Assembly (NCBI GenBank): GCA_964057225.1
Contig: OZ059895.1
Location: 7,502,001-7,566,000, forward strand
Reading direction: 5' to 3'
DNA length: 64,000 nucleotides
From: Auanema rhodensis
Taxonomy: Eukaryota > Animalia > Nematoda
The notes beneath the pieces were generated by a model, which worked only from the letters and a program-made list of their open reading frames with translations, was not told where the DNA came from and ran no database searches. How positions within the stretch are numbered: position 1 is the first letter of the stretch; each line of letters begins with the position of its first letter. The translations under genes were made by a program, and so were the position numbers. Of the stretch, positions 37,125 to 50,712 are shown in pieces.

Positions 37125-40100
37125 ATGCATTTGTATAATTTGACTCTACAAGGACAAACATGTATAAACCAAGCTATTCATGGTAATTTCACTGGAAAAC
37201 CAAAATCTCAGGTTTGTATATTGTATGCATCATTGCAAATTAACCTTTCAATCTTCAATATTTAAACCAAGTCTATTAACAGGAGCTGTGCATTGGCAGA
37301 GGTACAACATTGCAGCTATTATATTGCGATCCATCAACTGGCAAATTGAAGGTAAAATATTTTTTTGTATAGTTTAAATAGTTTTATGCATAGGTTATCT
37401 GCAGTCAAGATGTTTTCGGTGTTATTAGATCACTTCTTGCATTTCGTTTAACTGGAGGATCAAAAGGTGTGATTTAAATTTTTTCTAGAATAAATTTATT
37501 TTTATTCAAGATTATATCGCTGTTGGATCAGACTCTGGTCGTATTGTTATTCTTGAATATTTAGCAGACAAAAATATATTTGAAAGAGTTCATCAGGTAT
37601 CTCAATAGATATTTCTCTTCTACCTTTTTTTTTCAGGAAACGTATGGAAAGACAGGATGTAGACGTACTGTGCCTGGGCATTATCTTACTTCAGATCCCA
37701 AGGGTCGTGCTATTATGATAGGTAAATTAGTTATAGAAAAGAGTCTTTTACTGTTTTTTTTTCTAAAGGGTCGGTAGAACGACAGAAGTTAGTGTATATT
37801 ATGAATCGAGACGCGGAAGCACATTTAACAATTTCTTCACCACTTGAGGCTCATAAACAGTTTACTCTCTGTTATGGTATGGTTGGTATCGATACTGGAT
37901 TTGAGAACCCACTGTTTGCTTGTTTGGAATATGACTACGAGGTGAGCTGATGATATATTTTTTTGAAGTTGTAAGTTCATTAAAGGATTGCGATAATGAT
38001 CCAACTGGAGAAGCTATTAAAAGAACTCAGCAAACATTGACTTTCTATGAGTTGGACTTGGGTTTGAATCATGTAGTAAGAAAATATGCCGAACCTTTAA
38101 GTGAACCAGGAAACATGCTCATTTCCGGTAGGTAGCTTTATGCTTACTGTTTAATAATATTTATATTCTACTGTTGCTACTCACGATAATATTTTTTTTA
38201 TTTCTTGTATAAGCTTCAAAACTTGTTGTAAAACAAAGTTTGATTTTCCTTTCCCCCTCTTAGAAAACTAAATTTTATTTTTTAAATTATATAAATAGAT
38301 TTTATATCTACTACTAACTAACTTCTTTTTTGATCTTCTTAAACTTTTATTTATTATATTTTTCACTGCTATTCCTTTTGTAAATCATAGCAGAGGATGT
38401 TCGATGAAGTTGATTTGTTACAGTTCCTGGTGGCAATGAAGGACCTTCTGGGGTTATCGTTTGTTGTGAAGGATCTCTTGTCTACAAAAATCTTGGAGAT
38501 CAACCTGATATTCGTTGCCCAATCCCTAGAAGAAGAGTATACTGATGTTTTAGAACTAATACTTTCATGGACTTCTTTCAGAATGATCTCGATGATCCTG
38601 ACCGAACATTAATGATCATTGCAGCTGCTACACACAAAACAAAATCCATATTCTTCTTCCTTGTTCAAACCGAACAAGGTGACCTCTTCAAGGTATAATC
38701 ATTCTTTTGAATATTGTATAACCATAATTAAATAGGTTACACTTGAAACGGATGAAGATTTGGTAACTGAAATGAAAGTTAAATATTTTGACACTGTACC
38801 ACCGGCTAGTGCTATGTGTATTCTTAAAACAGGATTTCTTTTTGTTGCCAGCGAGTATGGAAACCAGTAAGCTTTGTTATTTTTTTATAAATTGAATCGA
38901 ATTGTGTCTAGTCATTTGTATCAAATTGCTAACCTCGGTGAGGATGATGACGAAGCTGAGTTTTCTTCTAAATTGCAACTCGATGAAGGAGAGACTTTCT
39001 TCTATGGTGTACGTGAGCTTAGAAGTTTAGTACTTGTGGATAAGATGGAAAGTTTAGCACCTCTTCTTGGAGCTCATGTGAGTTCTGTCTTATGTATGCA
39101 AATGTATTTAATTTAATGTTAGGTTGGAGATTTAACAAAGGAAGACGCCCCACAAATTTATACCCTTAGTGGAAGAGGTCCCCGTTCAAACATGAAAGTT
39201 TTACGCAATGGTCTGGAGGTGTCTGAAATGGCCGTTTCCGATCTTCCTGGTAATCCTAATGCAGTATGGACTGTGAAAAAGAATGTTGATGGTTAGAAGA
39301 TTTGCGTATTCAGTTATTGACTTACGTAATTATAGACAAGCATGATGCGTACATCGTGGTATCTTTCGTTAACGCTACTCTGGTTTTGACAATTGGCGAA
39401 ACAGTTGAAGAAGCTAATGATTCCGGATTTCTTGATCGCGCTCCTACACTTGGTTGTGGACTTATCGGAGACGATGCACTTTTACAGGTATCATAAAGCG
39501 TATTTAAAACTGTTAAAATACATTCTTTTTCAGATCTACGCTGAGGGTATCCGTCATATTCGTTCTGACAAGAGAGTCAACGAATGGAAAGTGCCATCAC
39601 GTAGACAGATTGTTAAATGTACAATGAACAGGTAATCTTGTTATTCAGTAACTTAGTTTAAGCTATTTTTCTAGGCGCCAAGTAGCTATTGCCTTATCGG
39701 GTGGTGGCCAAAGTGAGATTGTATATTTTGAATTAGACATAGTAAGTTGTATATTCTCTATCATTTTTTATTTTTTATTTAGACTGGTCAACTTAACGAG
39801 TTCACTGAAAGAAAAACGTTAAGAGATGCTGAAATTTTGTGCATGAGTCTCTCTGAGATTCCAGAAGGTGAAATCCGATCCCGTTTCCTCGCTATTGGAA
39901 CAAGCGATGGTTCTGTGAAAATTATATCTCTTGACCCCAACGATACTCTTTCGTTTTTGAGGTAATTATTCTCGTTGATATAATTCTAATTTTTCAATAT
40001 AGTGTTCAAGCTTTGCCTTATCTTCCTGAATCTCTCTTACTGTTGGAAACTAGAAACGAGGAAAGCAAAGGAACTTCCACTATTCTTTTGAATATTGGAC

Positions 40101-43100
40101 TTCAGGTGAGTTAATATAAATGGTTTGACTATTATCAGTAATATTCAGAACGGTTGTCTATTGAGAACTACTGTTGATAATGTTACCGGAGATATGCTTG
40201 ATACTCGTACTAGATACTTAGGTACTCGTCCAGTAAAACTTTTCAGAGTCCGAAGTCAGAACAAAGATGCTGTAAGTTTTCCTAAATTATTCATTAATTT
40301 CATTGATGTGTTCTAGGTGTTGTGTACATCATCTCGCTCCTGGCTCTTATACCATTACCAAAATCGTTTCCATCTTACACCTCTAAGTTATAACACATTA
40401 GAATATGCTTCTAGTTTCAATTCTGAACAATGTCAAGAAGGTATCGTAGCTATTGCAGAAAATACTTTGAGGTTGGACTATTTTAATTTCTTAAGTAAAT
40501 TTTTTGTATCAGAATTATGGCGGTTGAAAAGTTGGGTGTATCCTTTAATCAGACCGAATTCCAACTGCAATATACACCTCGTAAGATGATTATTCATCCT
40601 CAAGCTGGAAGTTTGATGGTAATTGAATCGGATTACGCGTCTTACACGGAGTCCACAAAGAATAAGAAGAGAGAGGAGATGGCAGAGGTTAGTATTGTGT
40701 GTATTATAGCCGAAATGGGTTTGTCATGAATTATGAGGGAAGTCATGAAAGTTCGACTCCCGCAGCCATTTGTCATGCTATTCCATGTAGTGAATGCGGT
40801 TAGCAGACAAAGATACCATAGTGTCGGTTGCTAAATTGAACTCAGTGTGCGTGTGCCGATGTTCTATTACCAGCATTGGTTCCTATTTAACCTGATACAT
40901 CTTTTTAGGATATTGAAAGACTAGCCAGTGATCCGGAAGAAAAAGAACTTGCAAAAGAGATTGCTAGCACTTTGAGGGAAAATAAGTTGGATGAAAGTGT
41001 TTATGGAGCCCCAAAAGCTGCACCCGGTAATAAGGAAGTGATAAAAACTTTTAACTCTTCCGCTTTAAGGAAAATGGGCGTCTTGCGTTAGATTAGTGCA
41101 TCCCAAGACGGGTGATGTACTTTCCTTCTTCGAACTCCCTCAAGACGAGGCGGCAAAGTGGTTGGTACCTTTGTTTTTAAAGAATGATAAAGATTCCTCT
41201 GCATAAAAAGAATGTAAAAATATGCACTTTGAAGCAAATGATCAGAAATGGATAAAATAACTAATACAACATATTTTACAGTATTGCTCTTGTTCAATTC
41301 AAAAATCATCCTGATGCATTATTAGCACTGGTAGGATGTGGAGTGGGACAGCGGCTAGGCCCCATCCCAACTCATCGTAAAGGTTGCATTTATACATTCT
41401 TGTTATCTGCCACCGGAGAAAAATTCGATTTGTTGCATAAGACTGAAGTTCCTATGGTACACTCTTTGAGCTTTGATGTAGTATTCACTATTTTTTGTAG
41501 CCTGTTACCGCTATTCACGATTTCCGAGGATCAGCTCTTGTAGGATTTGGATGCCATCTTAGAATGTATGATTTTGGACAGAAGAAGTTATTGGCAAAGT
41601 GTGAAAACAAGGTTAGTACATTTCTCGTGTTTTTAAATAATAGAGAATTGAGAGAAAGAAGTATGTATATTTTATTTAAAACTTTTGAATAGGTATATAA
41701 ATAACCGGAACGTAAAATTATGCGAAATTAGTAACCCGAGTTATGAAATGATTCGATTTGTTTTGCGTCATTTGCCGCTACTTGCTTGATGTTGGCATGG
41801 GATTGGTTGAGTACATCAACATTTGTGGTGGTGATGATGATGCTCGATTTTTTATTCCCGTTCTTGCGATTGAATTGTATGAGTTGTTGGTGTACTGAAA
41901 GGCATAGTTTAAAGATCATTTTTCTTGGATAATATAGAATGTTGACTAACTTTTGTGGTGTTAGGGTGATTTAAATGATGGCATGTCAAAAGGCGCTTGA
42001 AACATGTCCGGAACTCTCTGTTAAACACAGTATAGATGACTGGATTAAGTGCTGAGTTCAAATAGCCTAGCCAAAACACAATCGACCAAGTTACTTCATC
42101 GGTTTCTAGCTCTAATCCATACATCAAAGCAAATCCCAACCAGCAAAATATGAAGCAACCCGTTACAATGGCCACAGTTTTGGCTGCTTTGATCTCCAAA
42201 GACAATCTTTTCTCGTATGCACAACCCGCCTGAAAATCGTTAATGAAAACTTTGGAATGATTAATTTGATTACCTTTTTAATTTGTCCCCTACGTATAAG
42301 TTTTTTCAATGGGTTGATGGAATGTAAAACTTTGCTGGGTGATCTTGAATCCTCATTCTTTTTCTTTTTGTTTTTTTCGGAGCTGAAAATACTTTGTATT
42401 ATACCTACGTTTTCTAAATCTTGTTTACCTGCTCTGAACGTCGATTTCCATAATTGGCTTTTCTACTCCGATTCCTGGTGTTTCCAAAGTGTTGAGCGCA
42501 ACTGGAGATTGCCCGTTCTGATGGGGAACAGGAGAATAGCTATTTCTTGCCAAACCAGCGTTTGAATAAGCTGTGGTACTATTAACTGCTGTTTGACTAC
42601 TGCTTCTATAATTAACTTCTTCATATCCATACAAAGAAATTTGATCTTACAAATGCTTGTTGACAATGGTCGATGGTCGAATGCTGGCAACGGAAGATCC
42701 CCGATGAACACGCAGCATCGGTAGTGATTCCTTAGCTAGCACACTGGGGTGGCTGAGTAGATAGCTTTTTGTGTTTTTATTAGCATTTGCTGTCACCTGA
42801 AAATAGTAAGCTGGTCTTTGTTGTTCTTGGTTGGTTAAAATTAGTAATATTGTTTGAGATTTGAATAGTTCATAAATGCTTTGTAATGAATGCTCACCTG
42901 CATCATTCCGGAATAAATGCTCTTAGTAGCTGCTCGAGCCGCAATATATATCCGGAAGTACACGAAAATGACGACTATCATAGGCACATAGAAACTACTG
43001 GACGCAGAGAAGATGATGTAAGCTCGACCAGCACTTGCAGGAGAGCATTTACATTTATCTTCGGGTAGTGATGAACTTCCCATAAAAAAGCTTGGACTGC

Positions 43101-46100
43101 AGATGAGGAAAGAACCAACCCAAACTAGTGCAACAATACATCTAGCCCGGAATTTAGTCACCAGCATTGGGTAATTGAGCGGCTTGATTATAGCTATATA
43201 GCGGTCTATAGAAATCGCAACCAGGTTGTAAATGGAAGCTGTACACATCCATATATCCATTGTCACCCAGATTGTACACCAAGTATCTCCAAAAATCCAG
43301 TACCCACTGAGCACTTCGTTAGCTATACTGAACGGCAAGATGACAATTCCAACCTAAAAATGCGATTTGCTCGATTAGTTTTAAATTTTGGGACTATAAT
43401 AAGCTTACCATGAGATCTGCGACGCCCAAAGAAAGAATTAGCAGTCCTGTAGCTGAACGAAGCCTCCGCCGTAACAAAACTGCTGCTATTACTAGAGCGT
43501 TTCCTAATACGACCACGAATATTAGAACTGTGAGCACGGATATTATAGAGAATATACGAAAAAATGTGGCATGCTGGGGATCTCGTGACCATTCGTAGAA
43601 GGTGCACTGTGTCTTATTTGGAAATGAATCATCTTCATTTATTAGACGGTCCATATTTCAAATACTAAGAATCATACGAGTTCCTGGAAATAAATAGGTA
43701 TATTATGTAATCGAAAACAGGTTTATAAATCAAGAAATTAAATAAGCGAAGCCAACGTGAGAAAGCAAATTAGACTAGGATTTATATATAGTAGCAGTAT
43801 GTGAGAGTAATAGATACTGAAACGCCAAAGGAGTCAAAAAATCAAATCTTCAATCTTAAAGTGGTCAAGGTAAAGAGGATCAGATCGAGCTGATCGATGC
43901 GGCTTCAGATTGATACGACGAACAATTGGATCAATGTATGATGCTGCTTCAAAATAGTTTTGAAATGTTTGATTACTTTGTTTTATTTTTCCAATGTGGA
44001 TTATGAGAAACCCAAAAGGTGTCTCAGGTTTGGTTCCGTCGATCAAGATACATTCAGAGAAAATTCAAAGAGAAAAAATTCCTGTGTGAAAAACTGAAAA
44101 AGAGGAGGGAGGGTGAGAGATACAAAAAGAGCAACAATCAATAACCAAAAAAAAGAAGACGGTAAACAAGACAAAATATATTGGAAATTCGTGGTGCTTG
44201 TTACCAAGTTCGATTGGGCCTGCTCAGCTATTTGATTTAACCAAGCATGGGGAGAAGGCAGAATCAGCAAGCATATACATAGTAATTATTGTGACTGCAA
44301 CGTTTTAATGAGAGCCATCGACTGAAAATAACTAGGTAGATCTTAAATGCTTCATCGTCAGTGCTTGCTTGATATCTTGTTTCTTATGTTGTAATTTGCT
44401 ATAAAGCAACAGAGAAAAAGAGGAATAGAGGAGAAAAACAGATAGCGACTGCAGCAGCAAAGGGGGCTCCAATCCAGAAGGCCGTCGTTGAGAAAACTAG
44501 TCAGTCGGGGTATGCTAATGAATATTATATGAAAAGCCCGTAGGCGTTGTTTTCTGTTGTGCGTTAGAATGATGATTGATTGCCTCATATGGTTATATAG
44601 TGCTAACATACAGCACTTAGCCGAACGATTAATAACAATAATTTAACTTATGTTTTAGAACTTCCCTGTACAAATCACTGGTATCATATCTACAGGACAA
44701 AGAATTATAGTAGCTGATAGTCAGGAATCGGTTCACTACTGCAGATACAGAAAAATGGTAAGAAATTTAATAATAGTATTGATTAACAAGTATTTTGTTT
44801 AAAGGAAAACCAATTAGTGATTTTCTGTGATGATACCACGCCAAGATATACAACTTGCATGTGTGTCTTGGATTATGACACCGTTGTAGTTGGGGACAAA
44901 TTCGGAAACATCAGTATTGTGAGTTTGTTTTATCGAACGATGAATTTTCTCAAAAATGACGTTTGTATGCATTTCCATGAGTTAGGGGCAAATGCGTTGG
45001 CGTGGAAAACATATCAGCCTTACGTCTCTGTTCTTAAAATTTGAAGCTACGAATTAAGGATATGTTTCTATAGTGGCACTTGAAGCAGTTAGTGTGCTGA
45101 GTAGCGAATATATATCGAACAGAAAAACTTAATAATAACGCTAGAATGAGAAAAAGCGATGCTCAATTCGGCGAGAAAGAAGGCGACCATGTAGATGCGT
45201 GGATCTATACGTTGTAGAATAGCTCTGCTCACCTTCTCTCATTTCCGGAAGTGGAAACGATTTACTTGAATTATTCATATTTGGTCGATCAAGCGTGCTT
45301 CGTTGAAGAACTGCCATTTTTGTTGAACAGAAGTGAAGAATCAGAGAAATAAAAGCTAAGGAGAAGAGACTGACAGAAGCTGACGACGAAATTGTTTGAA
45401 AATAAGAAAAAGCATGAAAGAAATGAGGTATTTCTGAGTATCGATTTTTTGGTTGCGTTCGTCTTCGTCGTCTACATTCTTTATGGCTAAATGATACAAG
45501 GTAAAAGACAAAGTTGTTGAAATGTTAATAGTCTTAATGTCGTGGTGCTCTTATACTGCGAGCTATGGGAACAACGTGGAAGTAACAGGATCAATAACTG
45601 GAAATGTGAGCGTGGCTGCATCTGAAGAAGAAACAGACGTGCCTTATTATAAATTGTTGAGCCATGAGACGGACGACATTCAAGAGAGGAAGAACGGCGA
45701 TTGATTGAATCAAGGTTTTCATGTATTCCAGTGAATAATCGTCTAGCATGCACAACGTGTTTTGAAAATGTATCGTTGTGCTAAATGCTTTTGTTGTGTA
45801 TCACTAACATAAACAAGATGAGAAACCACAAACTTTTCGTTTATGTTTCCTCATCTACGTTCATCTGTGTTTATGAATAGGTATGAATGTGTAGGATTTC
45901 AATATGAACGTTGAATCTTGATACTTGGCTACTTCTGAAACAAAGTTGAAATGAGCAATGATCAAAAGAAATTTCAAAAAAGGATTGCTTCTTTGGAAGC
46001 CTCTGAAAGAACTACTCAGCCAAAAGTTCGGAATTCGTTTGAAAGATTATCACGACGACATCGTTCAATTTTAGCTTTGCTTTTCTACGTACTCAGGCCT

Positions 46101-49100
46101 CGAAAATGTAATTTTTGCATAACAGCGATAGTCAAACAGAGAAGCTGTTTACGTAGTTATGTTGGAATGCGTTCAGGCATTAGCCCGACATTGAAAAAGA
46201 GACTAAAGCAGATATGTATCAAACTAGAAGTAAGAATCGAATTCTTACTACAGAATCTTAAATTGTTTGGAACATACACAAAATAGTTTGGAGAGTGCCT
46301 GCTAAGGGCAAAATCAGAAGCCGAAGAAATCATCAGGTTTCAGGTCATTGCTTTTTCTTCTGACAGCATCTAAACTTTCATCTTTCATATGTTGGTGAAG
46401 TACTACAGCAAATCAAATTTTGCGCTTTGCCGTACATTCAATTAGTTTCTTCTGTCTCTGGTCAACAGAAGTTATTTGTTGGTATGTCTAGCATTTTCAT
46501 CTGAATCTGCTCTCTGTTATAACAAGAAAAGAAGCTTCGATTTAGAAGACTAATATTTAATTTGTCGCAGATAGGATTTACTAATTGATTTCAACAGGGA
46601 AAATTGCGAATTATTAGATTAAAGCGCTTATTTCATTGCCGGAAGCGAAGAAAAAATTGTTGCAATAGTAAGATAGAACGGTGGAGAGGTATGAAAGTGG
46701 TGGCGACTTACATCGATAGTCTCATGTTTTCAAAATACAATCGCCCATTCATTTTTTACGAATAGAAGGAGGTAGTAGTGAAGTAGTGGTTTCTCTTGAG
46801 AAAGTTTTCTATTTTCATTATTTCTACTGTGTCATATGTTCAAAGTGGAAGCATTTATGTCTTGCTCCAACCAAAGTTTCCTTTAAGATCTTTACGTATA
46901 CTCTCTTCCATCTCTCTACCTTCCTCACTCTCCCTGTATCTCTGTCTTTTCCTCCCCCTATACACACAAATAAAGGTATGCAATCAATACTCTTATATTT
47001 TTTTGCTATATATATATATATATATATGAAGAAAATATATTTTATATAGTATAGCGTGTGTGTTACCATTCAGCAATTAATACGGTTTTAATTAGTATGA
47101 AAATGATGCATCTTTTTGTCCGGCTTTTCAAAATGAGCTCAACTATAAGCTCAAAAATAGCAAATTTATAACGAACAATACCCTGAAAGAGAAAGCTAGG
47201 GGACTACTACTAGGCATAATAATAATAATAATAAAAGGGCATAGTGGGTGAGAGAAAAATAAAGGAAGGAGGTAATAGGAAGTGTCAAAAATAAAAAATG
47301 ATAAGATATGATACACAATTTCCTTACTTTTCCTCGTCATAACACTTTCTATCTTATTCTTCGAAACTTACAAGTTGAGTGGCATATTTTTTTGGAATTT
47401 ACTTTAGATTCAAGTAATGTGAAGCTTTTTCTCTGAGCTTTTTTGTTGCTTGCTTACTACCTCGACTTGCTTACTCGCTTACTGCTATCCTATTCCGTCG
47501 TGGTTTCCTTATTATTGTCAAGAGGAAATAAGTGCTAATACTATTATTGAGTAGCAGATGCGCCGCCTTAGAACATAAGAATCTCAAATCTCCTTAGTTC
47601 AAGAAAAAACCTCTATTTGCTTCAAAAAAAAAAACACAGGTTTTAAGGAGTTACTTTGAAAAAATGGAACGGGTTCATACAAATGACACGCGCCATCTTG
47701 TTCTTGTCGACGGACAACACGTCTTGATGGCATCGATGAGGTTGTTTGTTGTCTAAAAATAGCCGAATAATGCTAGCTTGTTGTTTTGTTCTCACTTGAA
47801 TGCGAAGATAACGAAATATATAGTTTGACAGAGAGAGTTCAGAATAGATATGTGAATACAGAAGAGTGAACATACATCAATATGTTATAGTCAGTTTTTT
47901 TTTGGGAAACATAATTTTGGTCGGGAATTCAATGAAAATTGGCACATCTGCAGGTGGAGTATAGAAATCAAGACACAAAGATAAATATCCAACCGACTGC
48001 GGGAATTTTCCCGACAACAAATGTGTGCTTTGTTATTATATGAGAACTAGAAAGGGGAGAGTTTGACTTTGGATAGCGAATTAGTAGCTTAAAGTGAGCA
48101 ACAAAGGTGTTTGTCAAAGCTAACTTTTTCTGCATAAGTAGATATCAGCATTAATTAATTTATGAGTTTTCAGAATGAAGTAAATGGGTATTATCATAAT
48201 TATAGATACTTTGATCATAAATTGCTCATTAAGTTTGACTCATTTGGACATGTTCAAACATTTTCGTAATAAAGAGAAATAAATTTTTTCATTGAATTAA
48301 AGAAAAATGATCTCTACTTTCTAATCGTCTAATGTTTTAGCTTCGCTTACCGGAGAAAGTCAATGAAGACATTCAGGAGGACCCTACTGCTCATCGATCA
48401 TTATGGGACCGTGGAGCATTGAATGGAGCTTCACAAAAAGTTAGTTTTTTACTTTACTTCAAACAACTACTTGATCTCTGTAATTTGTTCAAATTAAAGC
48501 TATTGAATTGAAAATAAAAGTGACAGCCGACTGCATGTATAACAACCACTAATACATTATTTTTTTTACAGCTTGAGCTTCAAACAGTTTTCTACACAGG
48601 TGACATGATCACCTCTCTGCAAAAAACTTCTCTTGTTCCTGGAGCTAGTGACTGCATTGTCTATACAACAATCGGAGGAGCAATTGGAGTTTTGGTTCCA
48701 TTCATTTCAAAAGACGTAAGTTATAAAAGTTTTACTATAATTGATAATGATGCATTCATACTATACGCTTGAAAGTTGGGGGAGGATTTATTCAAAAGTT
48801 GTGGTTCACTTAAGACGACAGCTTTTGTTATATACACAACGCTTGACAATTGAAAAGTGAGGGAGTAACAAATTAAAATCTGTAGTTCTCGTTCATGCCA
48901 AAGATCAAGCTTTCTATAATTCGCGATAACGTCACTAATTCAGTAAAACCCAAGTGCTTCATTTTATAAAAAAAAGGGAGGGGGGGAATAATAATTTAAA
49001 GTGCGTGCTATAAGGTGAAAGCGAAAGAAAATATGAGGAACAGTGGAAGTATGAAGGTTATAAGAGATAAAATATCAAGATATTTAATATGCGCTGTTCG

Positions 49101-50712
49101 AAGTTTGCTCGCTTCCGATGTTATGCTTGCCCTGCTAAGCTTGCATGCTAATCGTTTCTTTCTCTAATAACTGTGAAATGTAGCAATAGGCTTATATATA
49201 ACAGTGGTTTTATCAAAATATAAAGGTTAATAACGTGAAAATCTTCAAAAAAAAAAATCTTATACAACACCAATTCATATTGTTCATATAAATGAGAATA
49301 ATAACTGGCTTTGAAATAGAAAATTCTTTTGTGTAGTCAGTCAATATGTAGAAATGTCGACGGATGGGTTGGAGTAGACCAGCAACAACGAAGTGAGGCC
49401 CACAGCTGTCTTTCTCCCACTAGCTGAGACCAGGCTTAGTCTCCGTCTATGGGGACACGAGAAGCATAGATGAGGAGATTGGAATGAGCAAAACATTGGG
49501 CCTCTACCGGGGAATTCTGGGAAACTCTCCCAATCTCGTGTGTGTTCACCTTCATCTCCATTTTGGAATAGGGCAAACAAGTGAAATTACCTAAACTACT
49601 ATTTTTAAACCATAGATGGTCCTCTAGACGAAAATAAGCCGAACTAAAAAGTAGTATTCGATAGAAAAGGTTATCAAACCTAACTTAGTACGAACTGCGA
49701 AGCTTACGGATTAGCACCAAGTGTTGTTTTCGAGAAAAGTTATTTTGCTGCCGAATATTTATAGCTTCTACTTAGTAAAGAAGACTAGGACTCTCGTCCT
49801 ATCCAACGGGCTCCATTCAATGCATTCTAGTTTTTATCTTATACTTTCGATTTAATGTCCTTTTGCTTTTTTATCTTTAGAGAAAAGGTTGTGAGATGTT
49901 TTAATGCTTTAAACAAAAAAGGCGGGTTGTAAAACTCGGGTGGAATTTTTACTAAAAGCTACGGAGGATACGGCGAACATTTTCCCAGCTTTGTTGTTTT
50001 GTTTTGTTTTGTTTCGAATAACAGAGCTCGACCACAAAATCAACTGAGATGAATTTGAAGCCAATGGCTTGTCTGACTGAATTTCAATACGCAGAAAGAA
50101 AATGCGGAATTTTACATAAGAGCAAAATGACATTACAAATATGTTCTGAGAAGAACATGATGTTAGAATATGGATAACACCTTTTGGTTGTCAGAGCTCA
50201 TCCAAAAACTATCATGAGTATCCAAGCTTCCGGTTAGCTCTCATCTAACAAGATTAGCTAGTATTATAGGCTCTTTTATTGGTTACAATTACAACTGAAA
50301 GGCAGCAAATGAGAATCGGATGTATAATTAGAATTTCTTTTCAGGAACATGATTTCTTCCAAAATCTTGAAATGCACGTCCGATCAGAGTTTCCCCCCTT
50401 GTGTGGACGAGACCATCTGGCATTCCGGTCCTACTATCACCCATGCAAAGTGAGTTTCTTTTTATTTTCTAGGGGCCTGCAGCCAATAAAAAGAAAACGA
50501 TCAATGATAATAATGAATTGTTTAAGAATGTGATTGATGGCGACTTATGTGAACAGTTTGGACTTATAGATGTTATGAAACAAAAAGAAATTTCGGACGA
50601 AGTGGATAAGACTGTTAGCGAGGTATTAAAAAACGACAAATGAGATCAAATTCTAAAATTATTTTAGATCTCGAAGAAGCTGGAAGATATTAGAACAAGA
50701 TACGCCTTCTAG
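37125..50712 (+). CDS. teg-4: Splicing factor 3B subunit 3 (SF3B3/SAP130)
   Basis: MHLYNLTLQ...[15 protein letters not shown]...[14 protein letters not shown]...[15 protein letters not shown]...[12 protein letters not shown]. Many short introns plus three large 3' introns. Confidence 0.95.
40707..40760 (+). promoter_or_regulatory. tRNA-like Pol III A/B box leader inside an SF3B3 intron
   Basis: A box TAGCCGAAATGG (40707-40718) and B box AGTTCGACTCC (40750-40760) at tRNA-like spacing, with no cloverleaf. Confidence 0.65.
40762..40902 (+). ncRNA. Box H/ACA snoRNA candidate
   Basis: Hairpin 1, H box AGACAA (40805-40810), then hairpin 2 (GTCGGTTG/TAACCTGAT lower stem, GAAC-CAGTGT/GCATTGGTTC upper stem, pocket 14 nt from ACA). 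ACA at 40897-40899 is followed by 3 nt and a T-run. Length ~140 nt. Confidence 0.65.
41778..43654 (-). CDS. tyra-3: Biogenic amine (tyramine) GPCR nested antisense in an SF3B3 intron
   Basis: [28 protein letters not shown]3 Asp ([13 protein letters not shown]), [23 protein letters not shown] and [14 protein letters not shown]; resembles recalled C. elegans TYRA-3. Confidence 0.85.

Noticed and set aside
41640-41777. SECIS element in the tyra-3 3'UTR that would recode the upstream UGA
   Set aside because: ATGA and an A-run are present, but I found no pairing helix with the 3' GA quartet.
45522-45704. 60-aa ORF as a secreted peptide inside the SF3B3 intron
   Set aside because: Weak signal peptide, no convincing precursor processing pattern and no supporting splice signals.
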